From Acidobacteriota bacterium (GTDB taxonomy: Bacteria > Acidobacteriota > UBA6911 > RPQK01 > JAJDTT01): a DNA stretch of 64,000 nt. The DNA lies in contig OZ253580.1 in assembly GCA_965263035.1 (NCBI GenBank), positions 1,056,001 through 1,120,000 on the forward strand, read 5' to 3'. The translations under genes and the position numbers were made by a program. Below, piece by piece: positions 18,642 through 28,994 of the stretch (position 1 is its first letter; each line of letters begins with the position of its first letter). Below the pieces are notes generated by a model. It was given only the letters and a program-made list of their open reading frames with translations. It had not been told where the DNA came from and ran no database searches.

Positions 18642-20397
18642 TTATCGGCTTGGCACTTCTGAATCAGTCGCGGTCGCCGCGACTGCCACGGACGCCATGG
18701 CATCCAGCTTTGCGCCAATCTCCGAGTCGATCTCGGAATCGGGGATGTGTTCCACCAACTGGTAGAAGTTCCTCTTGGGCATCAGATTCGGCAGGTTCAG
18801 CTTTTTTGGGTAGTAGGCGCGGAACAGAGGGTCCAGGAAGTCATCGCTGGCCTTGATGTCGGGACTCCAAGGAGAGCCCTTTCCGAGTGTCTTCAGAGCC
18901 GACTGAATCTCCGCAATCGCTTCGCGCATAGCACCCAGACGCCGGTCGCACTCAACCGAAGTGAAAAGATTCTCCGGTTCCGCCTCCCTTGCCGATGCTG
19001 TTGCAAACGCTTCCAGCGCAGCTCGCGAGCAGACGTAGTTCTCGATTTCTCGACGCTTCCAGACCAGGCACTCGACCGGGTCGATGCCCTGCGGTTCATT
19101 TTCAACGTGATCGAAGAGAACGACTCCATGCAGCGACGGGAGTGCCTCTCTCAGGCCATGAAAGTGTCTTCGAACCTCTCGGGCATTGTTCCCCACGTAG
19201 CGTACGAACGGTCGCTCCAGCACTCGAAGCGCGGATTCATGACCCAGTCGCCTGGCAAATGCCTGCAACATCGACAGGTCCGTCGACCCTTCAAGGTAGA
19301 GCACCCACCCCGTCTGCTCCGCTTGCTAATATTGCTCGAGCCCAATCTCTTTTAGCGCTTTCAACACCTGACTGTGGTGGTCGTCAATACGGTGAGGCGG
19401 GCCGACGAACGCTATGACGACGTCTCGACCCGCCGCCTCGTTGAGCAGTACTTCGGAATGGCTGGCGGCGATAATTTGACTGCCGCTCTGGTTGGCCACA
19501 TCGGTGAGCAGTCGGTAGATCTGACGCTGGCGCAGGATCTCCAAGTGTGCATCAGGCTCCTCCAGGAGCAGAACTGAACCAGGATTCGCGTACATGTACG
19601 CCAAGAGAAGAAGCGTCTGTTGGAGACCCCTCCCGGCTGATGACAGGTCAAGCTTGACCCCCCGTTCTCCATAGGTCATCACGATCTCGCCACGCTCGGG
19701 GATATAGCGTGGCGGATGCAACTCAGACCCGAACAAATTTTCGATCTGCTCTACCAGACTGGTCCACCGTAACGGCCGTTCTTCGTGGATCCGAAAACAG
19801 AGATTGCGCAATACTTCGACGGTACGTCCCTCTCCTATACGCACACTGACGGCACCGTAATCCAGACGTGTTTCCGTGGCCGCCAAACCCGACATCGGTG
19901 GCAGAAACGCGATCCGGGCTCTTCCCGCTTCGTCCGGCACCGGCATTCGGTCGGGGGTCTTGCCTTCGGACGAACGAAGCGGCCGACAATAGAGGGATTC
20001 TTCATTGGCATAGTCGAACTCCAGTCCGCAGACCCAGTGCCGGTCGTTGGCCACTCCCTCGACGATGAGATCGATACGGATGTTACTTGTGCGGAGCCGG
20101 CCGTCCTCCTTATCGTACGTCTCGCACGCGCAAACCGAGCCAAAGAAGGTTTGCCTCCGGAACAGGAATTGCAACGAGGTCCCTGCGGTTGACTGTTACT
20201 CCAGGGCGCTTTTCGGGGGTTCTTTTGCCGGATCGCTTCTCGTTCCAGCGCCTGAGCCCAATGTGCCAGAGCGCGAGAGCCTGTATTGCCGATGTTTTCC
20301 CGGAATTGTTGGGACCGATAAAGACAACCGGATTCCCGAGTTCGATCTCGACATCCTCAAATCGCTTGAAGTTGCGTATGGTCAGCTTGGTCAACAT
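18642..20397 (-). pseudogene. OLD-family ABC ATPase-TOPRIM nuclease, disrupted by a frameshift near 20112 and a TAG at 19326-19328
   Basis: Three ORF pieces join into one protein: IRNFKRF...GPNNSGKT; LSSAGRGLQQ, LLLEEPDAHL, ASHS; then TOPRIM YLEGSTD and REIENY. Pieces 2 and 3 are in frame across the TAG. Confidence 0.85.
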
Positions 20398-20525
20398 AAA
20401 CTGTCGATGAGCCAGCGACGAGTGTTACCAAGGCGCCAGACCCGTGCGCCCACCTCAGTGGTTCCCTCTTTGAGATTTGCATTTTCTTATCCGTTACGAC
20501 ACGGCCCAATCCCCGTATCCGGATT

Positions 20526-21713
20526 TCAGAAGCCTCGGGCCGGAACCATTTCGTAGACACTCTGGTGGTTCACGATCACAGCCTCTTCGAATCCTCCCCG
20601 GTGAATGACGAGGCGGTGGCGCAGATCCAGGGGCTGGCCGCGGGGAAGATCCACCGGGTGACGGCCCGGAAAGGCGACGTTCTGCATCCCGTAGTGGCGC
20701 AGGAGCCATCTTGGCGGGAACTCGGGATAACTGGGATGGGTCAGCATTCCAACACCCGAAATCATGCCGCCCTGCCCGAACGTCCCGCTGTAGTCGGCCC
20801 AGGGGCTGGACTCTCCGACCCGGTCCTCTTTCTGGATTCCCGACAGGTCATGGATGCGACCGTCCGGGGAGGCCTGGACGCGGACCGTGAAGCCGGAATA
20901 TCCCCGCGGATTCTCCGAACCACCGATTCGGATTCCATCCACGAGGGCTCGGAGCCGGATGTGGAAATCGATGACCTGAGAGTCTGGAGTGGAACGGAAG
21001 ACCTGGATCCGGACCCGCTCCCGCACCAGCGGTAACAATTCGCCGGCGCCGTCCTTCTGCAGAGGAGAGGTCCAGAGTGCGGACGCCTCCAGAACGGAGA
21101 ACAGAGGACCGTCGTGGACTCGGACGTTCTCCACCTCGGTCAGGAAGTCCTCCGTCAGCCACGGGTCGCCGGCCCGTTCGTCGCCGACCCAGAGTTGGTG
21201 CCAGGCCCAGAAGATTCCCCGGTGATGAAAATGGTCCTCAGGAAAGTCATGGGTCAGCACCCGTCCATCGAGGCCGTACAGGGGATGAACGTAACCGGCT
21301 CGCGTGTATCGCCCGTCAAGAGATCGGGGCGCCGACTGGTAGAAGAATACGGGGCGCTCTCCCTCGGAGACGAGATATCCCTGGGCATCCGCGGTGACTT
21401 GGAACGCCCCCTCCACGACTTCCGGCTCCGTCTTCACCGAGTGAACACCGGCCGCCGGCAGATCGCCCATCAGCCACAGAATCCCAGTCTCGGGATCCAA
21501 CTGGGCCAGGTTCCCGTTTCGGTTGGCGGACAGTACGGCAAAGACCCGACCCTGGGGCACCCGGCCCTCGAAGGTCGCCGCCACCGGCGAGGACCAGCCT
21601 TCGGGAATTCCGGGGGGTATGCGCACTGTGGCGCCTGAAGGAAGCTCCTGCCCCGACCCCGCGCAACCGGCCAACGGCCAGAGCAGGATGGCCAGTCCGG
21701 CCACCCGGTTCAC
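20526..21713 (-). CDS. DUF6807/PmoA-like family lipoprotein
   Basis: Lipobox LAGC; RAGYVHPLYGLDG and DFPEDHFHHRGIFWAW signature; start uncertain. Confidence 0.7.
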   Translation of the reverse strand: MNRVAGLAILLWPLAGCAGSGQELPSGATVRIPPGIPEGWSSPVAATFEGRVPQGRVFAVLSANRNGNLAQLDPETGILWLMGDLPAAGVHSVKTEPEVVEGAFQVTADAQGYLVSEGERPVFFYQSAPRSLDGRYTRAGYVHPLYGLDGRVLTHDFPEDHFHHRGIFWAWHQLWVGDERAGDPWLTEDFLTEVENVRVHDGPLFSVLEASALWTSPLQKDGAGELLPLVRERVRIQVFRSTPDSQVIDFHIRLRALVDGIRIGGSENPRGYSGFTVRVQASPDGRIHDLSGIQKEDRVGESSPWADYSGTFGQGGMISGVGMLTHPSYPEFPPRWLLRHYGMQNVAFPGRHPVDLPRGQPLDLRHRLVIHRGGFEEAVIVNHQSVYEMVPARGF

Positions 21714-21888
21714 ACTCTGTCTCAGACTCTCGAATCCGCTCACGACGATTCCCACGGTAACGGCCCCGGACTGCGGCGGCAAGACAGGCCCTCACACTTC
21801 CATAAGAATCTTCTCCTCTGAGAGAATAGGTGGCCTCAAACGTCGTCGGAATATCAACCGAAATGTCCCTGGAGAAGAGATCGATAGC

Positions 21889-22941
21889 ATGAACAACGAG
21901 AATTCCGTCATTCGAGTCGGCCTCGTGGGCGCCGGCGCCAACACTCGCAGAAGACACATCCCCGGTTTCCAGGCCTGTCCCGGCGTGGAAGTCGTTACGG
22001 TGGCCAATCGGAGTCTCGAATCCTCCCGTAGCGTGGCTCGAGACTTCGGCATTCCCAGGACCAGCGATTCCTGGCAGGAGGTGGTTCAGGACCCGGACGT
22101 GGACGCCGTCTGTATCGGCACCTGGCCCTACCTGCACCGGGAGGTTACCTGTGCCGCATTGGAGGCGGGAAAGCATGTCCTCTGCGAGGCCCGCATGGCA
22201 ATGGACCTGGGCGAGGCTCGGGCGATGCTCCAAGCTTCCCGTGAGCATCCCAACCTGGTGACCCAAGTGGTTCCCACTCCCCTCGGCCTGCCCTACCACC
22301 GGGCCGTCCGGGAGTTCCTCGACTCCGGCGGGCTGGGGAGAATGCTCGCCGTCGAGGTCCGAGACGTCTTCTCCGACCTGACCGACCCGTCCGCCCCCAT
22401 AAAGTGGAGACAGCGTTTGGAACTGGCCGGATACAACTACGTGAGTCTGGGACAGTGGTGGGAAACGCTGCTGCTCTGGGTGGGACCCGTCTCCTGGTTG
22501 GATGTGTCGGCCCGCATCGTCGTCGACTCCAAGGAGGATCCGGAGACAGGGGAGACGGTGCAGGTCCGGCTTCCGGACCACATCGTTGTCCTGGCCGAAT
22601 TCGAAAACGGAGCCGTGGGGAACATTCTGTCCAGCGCCGTCACCGGCAACGTTCCCGAGTCCACGCTACTCGTTCACGGCGACCAAGGCACACTCAAGTA
22701 CGAGGCTCTCTCGGACACCCTCTGGTGGAGCGAGAGCCGGAGCGGCAGCTACGCCGAAATGCCCTTGGATGCGGAGATCGTCGGAGGCTGGAGAGCTGAA
22801 GAGGAATTCATCAACGCGGTGAGGGGCCGGGAGCGAGTCCGGTACATCGATTTCGAAACCGGAGTTCGCTACATGGAACTGAGCCAAGCGGCGCACATCA
22901 GTTGGGCCGAAGGACGGCGGGTCAGCCTGCCCCTGCCCTGA
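21889..22941 (+). CDS. Gfo/Idh/MocA family oxidoreductase
   Basis: VGLVGAG; DVDAVCIGTWPYLH; AGKHVLCEARM. Confidence 0.88.
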   Translation: MNNENSVIRVGLVGAGANTRRRHIPGFQACPGVEVVTVANRSLESSRSVARDFGIPRTSDSWQEVVQDPDVDAVCIGTWPYLHREVTCAALEAGKHVLCEARMAMDLGEARAMLQASREHPNLVTQVVPTPLGLPYHRAVREFLDSGGLGRMLAVEVRDVFSDLTDPSAPIKWRQRLELAGYNYVSLGQWWETLLLWVGPVSWLDVSARIVVDSKEDPETGETVQVRLPDHIVVLAEFENGAVGNILSSAVTGNVPESTLLVHGDQGTLKYEALSDTLWWSESRSGSYAEMPLDAEIVGGWRAEEEFINAVRGRERVRYIDFETGVRYMELSQAAHISWAEGRRVSLPLP

Positions 22942-22962
22942 GTTGCCTGCATCAACCCTGCG

Positions 22963-24216
22963 TCACGCCCGGATCAATTCTTGCAGCGCGGAGAGGGCCC
23001 GGTCGATCTCGACTTGAGTGTTGAAGAAGTGGGTGGCGATCCGGACCGCGTCGTGTCCGTCGCGGACATGGTCATCCACACCGATGCCCCGTTCTTGAAA
23101 TCCGGCTCTCAACTCCATCCCGCGGTGCCCCGGAACCTCGAAGATGGTGATGCCCGGTGAGGAAAGACGGGGCGACCGGGAACTGATCAATCGGACACGG
23201 GGCAGACTTGCCAGCCTCTCCTTCAGGTAGTCGGACAACTGGCGGTTCCGTGCGCCGATCCGTTCCAAGCCTATATTCCGGAGAAAGGCAACGGCGTCGC
23301 CGATGCTGGCGCGCGTGGAATACCCGAAGGTCCCGGGCATCTGGAAACGGCGGGCGTCAGTCGGCTCTTCCAGTGCGAGCCCCGGAGAGAATTCGTTCTG
23401 GACTCCCCGACGGACATAGAGCACGCCGGTTCCTGCCGGAGCCAGAACCCACTTGTGGAGGCTGGCTGCAAAGAAATCGCATCTCAGGTCCCGGAGATCG
23501 ACCGGCATCATCCCCACCGCCTGGGCTCCATCCACCGCCGAGAGCACGCCTCTCTCCCGGGCCAGGGCACAGAGTTCCTTGACGGGATTGAGCAAGCCAC
23601 CGCGCGTGACCTGACAGAAGAACAGGACCCGGGTCCGGGAAGTCATGCGAGCACTGATCCGCTCCAGAATTTCTTCCTTGGGGGGGAGCGGACTGGGCAT
23701 GGGGACCTCGTACACCACGATCCCTTCCAGTTGGGCCCGGCGCCTCCAGGGCCGAATCCCGGCCGGGTGCTCGTGGCTCGTGGTCAGCACCTCGTCTCCC
23801 CGTTTCAGGGGAATCCCGGCGGCGATGCTCTGCAGACCCTGGCTGGCGTTCTGGGTGAAGGCCAATTCTCGGGGGTCCACACCGAGAAAGCCGGCCAGAG
23901 AGGGACGGACCTGCTCGATGATCCGGCAGCTCAGACGCCCCTTGGCGCCGACCGGGTCCACGGCCATGGATCGCCGGTTACGGGTCAGCGCGTCCACCAC
24001 AGGCGCCGGAGGAACCCCGATGCTGGCGCAATTCAGGTAGCTCGCGCCCGGCTTTAAGAGGAACTGTTCCCGAATCTGAGACCAGCCTGCCCCGGAACCG
24101 GTTTGGGAGCCGCTCCCAGCCAGAACCGAACTCCCGGCCAGCGCCGCCACCGTCCCTTCCAGGAACCGTCGCCGGTTGGATGTGCCGGTGTGAGCCGAAC
24201 GCCGATCCTTCCCCAC
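22963..24216 (-). CDS. Class V PLP aminotransferase (isopenicillin-N epimerase/cysteine desulfurase-like), Tat signal
   Basis: NRRRFL; YLNCASIG; HEHP; VDGAQAVG; ASLHKW PLP lysine; start placed at GTG 24216 behind GGAGG. Confidence 0.82.
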   Translation of the reverse strand: MGKDRRSAHTGTSNRRRFLEGTVAALAGSSVLAGSGSQTGSGAGWSQIREQFLLKPGASYLNCASIGVPPAPVVDALTRNRRSMAVDPVGAKGRLSCRIIEQVRPSLAGFLGVDPRELAFTQNASQGLQSIAAGIPLKRGDEVLTTSHEHPAGIRPWRRRAQLEGIVVYEVPMPSPLPPKEEILERISARMTSRTRVLFFCQVTRGGLLNPVKELCALARERGVLSAVDGAQAVGMMPVDLRDLRCDFFAASLHKWVLAPAGTGVLYVRRGVQNEFSPGLALEEPTDARRFQMPGTFGYSTRASIGDAVAFLRNIGLERIGARNRQLSDYLKERLASLPRVRLISSRSPRLSSPGITIFEVPGHRGMELRAGFQERGIGVDDHVRDGHDAVRIATHFFNTQVEIDRALSALQELIRA

Positions 24217-24254
24217 TCCCACCTCCGTCGACCCGAACGGGTCGATTCGGCCGC

Positions 24255-24677
24255 TCAGCTCTCGACCTTCAGGAGTTTGATCTCCAGGACTTCCCGGTTC
24301 AGCTCCAGAAACTTCACCTCGATCTGGAAGCCCGGCTTCAGGTCCTGCCACGACGTCTTCTTCTTTCCCAGTGCTTTCCGGACCTTTCTGGAGGCCTTCA
24401 CCTTGGCGCTTTCAGGGAAAAAGAGCGCAAAGGACGTGCCCTTCTTGCGGTCCAGCACGGTGAGACTCATCCGTTCATGGCTGATCCCGAGCAACATGCC
24501 TTTGACCGTGCGGGTGGGATTGAAATCGGAGCGGCGCTCAGCCCGGTAGGGTGGAGGGACCGGCGATCCCACATCTTGGGCCAAGACCCATTCCGAGCCG
24601 GCGCAGACCATGCACAGGCCGGCGCCGAATACGAGCCGCCACCACCGGGAATTACCAGTAAGCCATCGCATCTTCAT
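24255..24677 (-). CDS. Hypothetical secreted basic protein
   Basis: Signal-like N-terminus and Lys-rich beta-type domain; sits between two co-oriented genes. Confidence 0.55.
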   Translation of the reverse strand: MKMRWLTGNSRWWRLVFGAGLCMVCAGSEWVLAQDVGSPVPPPYRAERRSDFNPTRTVKGMLLGISHERMSLTVLDRKKGTSFALFFPESAKVKASRKVRKALGKKKTSWQDLKPGFQIEVKFLELNREVLEIKLLKVES

Positions 24678-25929
24678 ACATTCGGGCCAGTTCCTCCTCA
24701 CCGGCAGGGCGAGGAGAGAGTTTCGTCACACGGTGCTGGGGCAGCGTCCCCTGCACCAACCCGGGGATGTCTCCCGAATCATACCCGATTTCGGCGAGGC
24801 CGCTGGGCATCTTCAGGCGCCGCATCATGCGAATGATCTCATCCGCCAGGATTTCACCCGCGTCTTCCTCACTGGCGCCGGACGCGCGCGCTCCCAGGAT
24901 CCGGGCAACCTCCAGATGGCGTCGAGGACAGGCGGGGGCGGTGAAACGGAACACCGCCGGAGCATTCAGGATGACGGACATCCCATGGGGAACCATGGGA
25001 TGTCCGGGTCCGTAACCCTCCGGGCGGAAGCTCTCGACCATGCCTGAAACGGGGTACGACATGCCATGTGGCAGATGCACGCCGGCGTTTCCGAAACCGA
25101 TACCGGCGTAGGTGGCTGCCAGCAACATCTGGGAACGCGCTTCATCGTCCGCAGGATCCTCGACGGCGCGGACCAGATAACGGGAGACGATCTTGAGGCT
25201 CTGACGGGCCCAGATGTCGCTGATGGGATTGGAGCCCTGATAGGCGGGCCTTTCCAAGGGCCGTGCGGGAAGGGGCCGTTGGCCGAAGGGGATGGCCGTA
25301 AAGGACTCGAGAGCGTGGCTCAAGACGTCCAGACCCGTGGAGGCGGCCACCACCGGCGGCAGGGTCCGGGTGTTCTCGGGATCGATGATGCCCAACGTGG
25401 GCCTCAATCTCCGGTGGGCAATCCCCGTCTTGGCCTTCATTCTATGCAGATCGAAGATGGCCACGCCGGTGGTCTCGCTCCCGGTGCCGGCCGTGGTGGG
25501 AACGGCAATCAATGGTTTGAGCGGACCCGGAACCGGCCGGCCCCGGCCGATGGGATGGTTCACATATTCCAGGAATTCCGCGGGGTACGTGGAGTAGAGG
25601 TTGGCCGCCTTGGCCGTATCCATGGTGGAGCCGCCGCCCACGGCGACGAAGGCGTCGAATCCGCCTTCCGTCGCGAAATCGATGGCCTGTTGAAACGAGG
25701 CGTCGGTGGGTTCCACGCGGACCGCGTCGAAAAGAGAGAATTCCACGTTTTCGCGTGAGAGGGACTCCAGGGCCGACTCGACGGGAGGGCTCTCCACCAG
25801 GTTCGGGTCTGAGAGAACCATGACCCGCTTGGCGCCGAGATCGGCCAGGTCCATCCCCACTTCCCGGGTGGCGCCGCTTCCGAAGCGGATGTTGGACGCC
25901 GACATCTCGAACGCGAAATCCCGTTTCAT
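24652..25929 (-). CDS. Hydroxyacid-oxoacid transhydrogenase (ADHFE1-like iron-containing ADH)
   Basis: AFEMSASNIRFG..TREVGMDL, GGGSTMDTAKAANLY, PTTAGTGSETT, RPAYQGSNPISD, GVHLPHGMSYPVSG. Confidence 0.88.
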   Translation of the reverse strand: MKRDFAFEMSASNIRFGSGATREVGMDLADLGAKRVMVLSDPNLVESPPVESALESLSRENVEFSLFDAVRVEPTDASFQQAIDFATEGGFDAFVAVGGGSTMDTAKAANLYSTYPAEFLEYVNHPIGRGRPVPGPLKPLIAVPTTAGTGSETTGVAIFDLHRMKAKTGIAHRRLRPTLGIIDPENTRTLPPVVAASTGLDVLSHALESFTAIPFGQRPLPARPLERPAYQGSNPISDIWARQSLKIVSRYLVRAVEDPADDEARSQMLLAATYAGIGFGNAGVHLPHGMSYPVSGMVESFRPEGYGPGHPMVPHGMSVILNAPAVFRFTAPACPRRHLEVARILGARASGASEEDAGEILADEIIRMMRRLKMPSGLAEIGYDSGDIPGLVQGTLPQHRVTKLSPRPAGEEELARMYEDAMAYW

Positions 25930-26114
25930 GGAGCCTGTCTCTCAAGACGATCCACCCGGCCCGGGAGGAGAGGACACGACCTCAACTCGCCCGGACGTTA
26001 TGGTACTTGAAGGGTCGGAAAAGTCGCAAATTCAGGGCTGACTCCTTCCTCCCACAAGCCTTGACACCCTTCCGGTCCAATCCCTACAATCCGGCTTCCC
26101 AGGGGGACCGACTG

Positions 26115-27047
26115 ATGGACTACCGACGCTTCGGCAGCACTGAACTTCGAGTGAGCCAGATCGCCTTCGGAGGAGCCACATTCGGCCGGGAAACCGACCA
26201 ACCGACCGCTTGGCGTCTCTTGGACCGCGCCGTGGAACGGGGCATCAACCTCATCGACACGGCCGAGGCCTACAGCAATCGCGAATCGGAACGGATCATC
26301 GGCCGCTGGTTCGCCGACCGGAAGGTCCGCCAGGAACTCGTCCTGGCCACCAAATGCTACGGGAAGCTGGACGGGGCCATCATCACGGAGAAAATCGATC
26401 AGAGTCTGGAATGCCTGCAGACCGATTGGATCGACCTGTTCCAGATCCACCACTTTCCCCATGAGGGGGACCCCTTGGACGAGATCCTGGAAAGTCTGGA
26501 TCGGGCCGTTCAGGCGGGAAAGGTCCGCCACCTGGGGCTGAGCAACTGCGCCGCATGGCAATTCTGCAAGGCGCTCTGGCGCCAGGACCGGAGCGGATGG
26601 GCCCGCTTCGAATCGATGCAGCCTTCCTACAGCCTGGTCGAACGCAGCATCGAATCGGAGATGCTCCCGCTGTGCAAGGACCAGGACGTGGCCATCATTT
26701 CCTACGCTCCCATCGCCTCGGGATTCCTGGCCGGCAAGTACTCCAAGGGAGGACCCATCCCCGCCGGCACCCGGTTCGACGTGGCTCCCGGCCACCAGGA
26801 CGTCTTCTTCAGCAATCGGAACTTCGCGTGTGTGGACCGGGTCAAGGCCATTGCCGCGGAAGCAGGACGCTCACTGGTGGACCTGGCGCTGGCCTGGGCC
26901 TTTTTTCAGCCCGGCATCACCTGCGTTCTCATCGGAGGGAGAAAGCTCTCCCACGTGGATCAGGCCTTCGAGACCCTGGGACGGGGTTTGGATCCGGAGT
27001 TGAGGGAGCGCCTGGACCAAGCCTCGCAGCCTGACACCTTCGGTTGA
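26115..27047 (+). CDS. Aldo/keto reductase
   Basis: GINLIDTAEAY, LATKC, DWIDLFQIHH, GKVRHLGLSN. Confidence 0.9.
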   Translation: MDYRRFGSTELRVSQIAFGGATFGRETDQPTAWRLLDRAVERGINLIDTAEAYSNRESERIIGRWFADRKVRQELVLATKCYGKLDGAIITEKIDQSLECLQTDWIDLFQIHHFPHEGDPLDEILESLDRAVQAGKVRHLGLSNCAAWQFCKALWRQDRSGWARFESMQPSYSLVERSIESEMLPLCKDQDVAIISYAPIASGFLAGKYSKGGPIPAGTRFDVAPGHQDVFFSNRNFACVDRVKAIAAEAGRSLVDLALAWAFFQPGITCVLIGGRKLSHVDQAFETLGRGLDPELRERLDQASQPDTFG

Positions 27048-27087
27048 CCGAACCGCCGGATTCGATCTCCGGCTTCGGCGACGGCGA

Positions 27088-27654
27088 TCAGCGGGTCCAC
27101 TTCTTGATGTGCTCGTGGAGAAGCTCCGCCGTGTACTTCAGGCCGATGTCCATGCCGCGGTCCTGCAGCCAGACCGTCGGTTCGGGGCCGCTCTTTTGCC
27201 ATGCCAGGTGAGGCTTGTAAAGGACGAAGATGTCCCAAGCCGCATCGGAGCTGGGATATTCAAGCTGTTTGGCGTAATTCTGGCGTCCGAAGTTCCAGAG
27301 GTCCCAGAAATGTTCCGCGCGCGGGTCCCGAAGATAAGCGGTCGCCTGCTGCGTCGCCCTTCGAGAATCCTTACCCAGGATGGGCGCCCAGAGCACCAGG
27401 ACCTTGATTCTGGCACCGGATTCCTTACTGAGAATGTTCTGGATGTCGGCGGCTCCCCGAAGACAGTGGCCGCACGTGGGCGAAAAAACCGTCACCAGAC
27501 GGGTCCGGTCCGAGGCAGCGTTGAATACGTTTATGAACTCCCGTCCGTCGGGGGAGACGGCGCTGACCCCGGGGCTGGGGCCCTGCAACGCGACTACGGC
27601 GCCAGCATGGATCGGAACCAGAAGAAGGGACAGCAGAATTCTTCTCATAACCAT
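27088..27654 (-). CDS. Secreted thioredoxin-fold protein (CxxC)
   Basis: Signal peptide; FNAASDRTRLVTVFSPTCGHCLRG; HFWD; AWDIFVLY. Confidence 0.65.
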   Translation of the reverse strand: MVMRRILLSLLLVPIHAGAVVALQGPSPGVSAVSPDGREFINVFNAASDRTRLVTVFSPTCGHCLRGAADIQNILSKESGARIKVLVLWAPILGKDSRRATQQATAYLRDPRAEHFWDLWNFGRQNYAKQLEYPSSDAAWDIFVLYKPHLAWQKSGPEPTVWLQDRGMDIGLKYTAELLHEHIKKWTR

Positions 27655-27707
27655 TGCAGGGTAATGAATCCGTCGTCCGGGAGGCAAGTGCAGGCGGGAT
27701 GCCGGAA

Positions 27708-28874
27708 TCATCGGGCCCCTTCCCCAGCCCGGATCCGGTTGGCAATCTCCTCCGCCTGGTGGAGGATTCTGAGAGTATTTTCCCCCAGGATCCGCCTGAT
27801 CTGGCTCTCGTCATAACCCCGTTTCAGAAGCTCTCGGGTGATCTTGGGGAGAAAACTGACATCCTCCATCCCACGAGGCATATCCGCGCCGTCGAAATCG
27901 GAGCCGAGACCCACGTGGTCCACTCCCGCCACCTGGACGGCGTGATCGATATGGTCCACGATCCTCTCCCAATTCACCGGCGGGATCGGCTCCCGGTCCG
28001 TTTCCGCCTCCCCGCCTGAAGACACCTTTTCGATCGAGGCCTCCCGAGCCGCATGATGCTCCACGTCCAGAAACTGATCCACGAAAGTGATCTGGATCAC
28101 TCCTCCCTGTTTGGCCAGGCCCCGAATCATCTCGTCGTTCATGTTCCGGGGATGATTCGACAGGTCCCGGCAGGAGGAGTGACTCGCCACCACCGGAGCT
28201 TCACTGACCTCCAGAACGTCCCAGAAGGTCTCGTCCGAGACATGTGAGACATCCACCAGCACCCCCAGGCGGTTCAACTCCTTCACCACGCTTACGCCCA
28301 ACTCGTTCAGTCCTCCGTAGACGCGCGAATCAGCCACCGAGTCGGCCCAGTCGGTGTTCACGTTATGGGTCAGCGTCAGATAGCGGATCCCAAGCCGAGC
28401 ATACATCCGGAGAACGGGGAGGCTGTTGTGGATCATGTGCCCACCTTCCATCCCCATGAGCACGGCGAATTTGCCCGATCGTTGGGCCCGGCGAACATCG
28501 GAGGCGCTGGCGCACAATTCCAAGGAATCCCCGTACAGTTCCACCAGACGATGAACCGAGGCAATGGTTATCAAGGAGTCGCTGACGGCCTTGGGTCCGG
28601 TGACGGTCCCGGGCATGTAGATGGAGAAGAAGGCGCCGTCCAACCCACCTCGCTTCAGACGCGGCAGGTCCACGTGCCCCGATTCGTGCTCCTGGCCGAA
28701 GTCCCAGTTCGGGTCCTTCATCTGCAACGGGGTGTCGATATGAGTGTCCAGCACCAACGAAGAAAAATGCAGCCGGCGCGCCCTGGCAGCATCGTCGCCG
28801 CTGACTCCCACAGCCAGCCAGGCACTGGCCGCCGCCATGGCTACGAGCGCCAGCACGAGATTCCATCGTTTCAT
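27708..28874 (-). CDS. Membrane dipeptidase (peptidase M19)
   Basis: DTHID, GMEGGH, YLTLTH, DVSH, ASHS, VGLGSDFDG; signal peptide; AGGAG RBS. Confidence 0.9.
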   Translation of the reverse strand: MKRWNLVLALVAMAAASAWLAVGVSGDDAARARRLHFSSLVLDTHIDTPLQMKDPNWDFGQEHESGHVDLPRLKRGGLDGAFFSIYMPGTVTGPKAVSDSLITIASVHRLVELYGDSLELCASASDVRRAQRSGKFAVLMGMEGGHMIHNSLPVLRMYARLGIRYLTLTHNVNTDWADSVADSRVYGGLNELGVSVVKELNRLGVLVDVSHVSDETFWDVLEVSEAPVVASHSSCRDLSNHPRNMNDEMIRGLAKQGGVIQITFVDQFLDVEHHAAREASIEKVSSGGEAETDREPIPPVNWERIVDHIDHAVQVAGVDHVGLGSDFDGADMPRGMEDVSFLPKITRELLKRGYDESQIRRILGENTLRILHQAEEIANRIRAGEGAR

Positions 28875-28964
28875 GGTTGCTCCTGGTTTCCGGTTCGTCT
28901 CCTGTTTTGCGGGATCCAAGGTCAGTTCGTCCGCGAGTATACACGCGGGAGTTGGACGACAATC

Positions 28965-28991
28965 ATAGGGGCAACCCTTGTGGTTGCCCTC
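28965..28991 (+). repeat. GTAG-family REP-like palindrome
   Basis: ATAGGGGCAACCCTTGTGGTTGCCCTC: GGGCAACC/GGTTGCCC stem, loop shared with the 30831 copy. Confidence 0.6.
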
Positions 28992-28994
28992 CAC

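Noticed and set aside
20526-21713. PmoA-like label as evidence of methane oxidation
   Set aside because: It is a soluble lipoprotein with no pmoCAB context; the family name is misleading.
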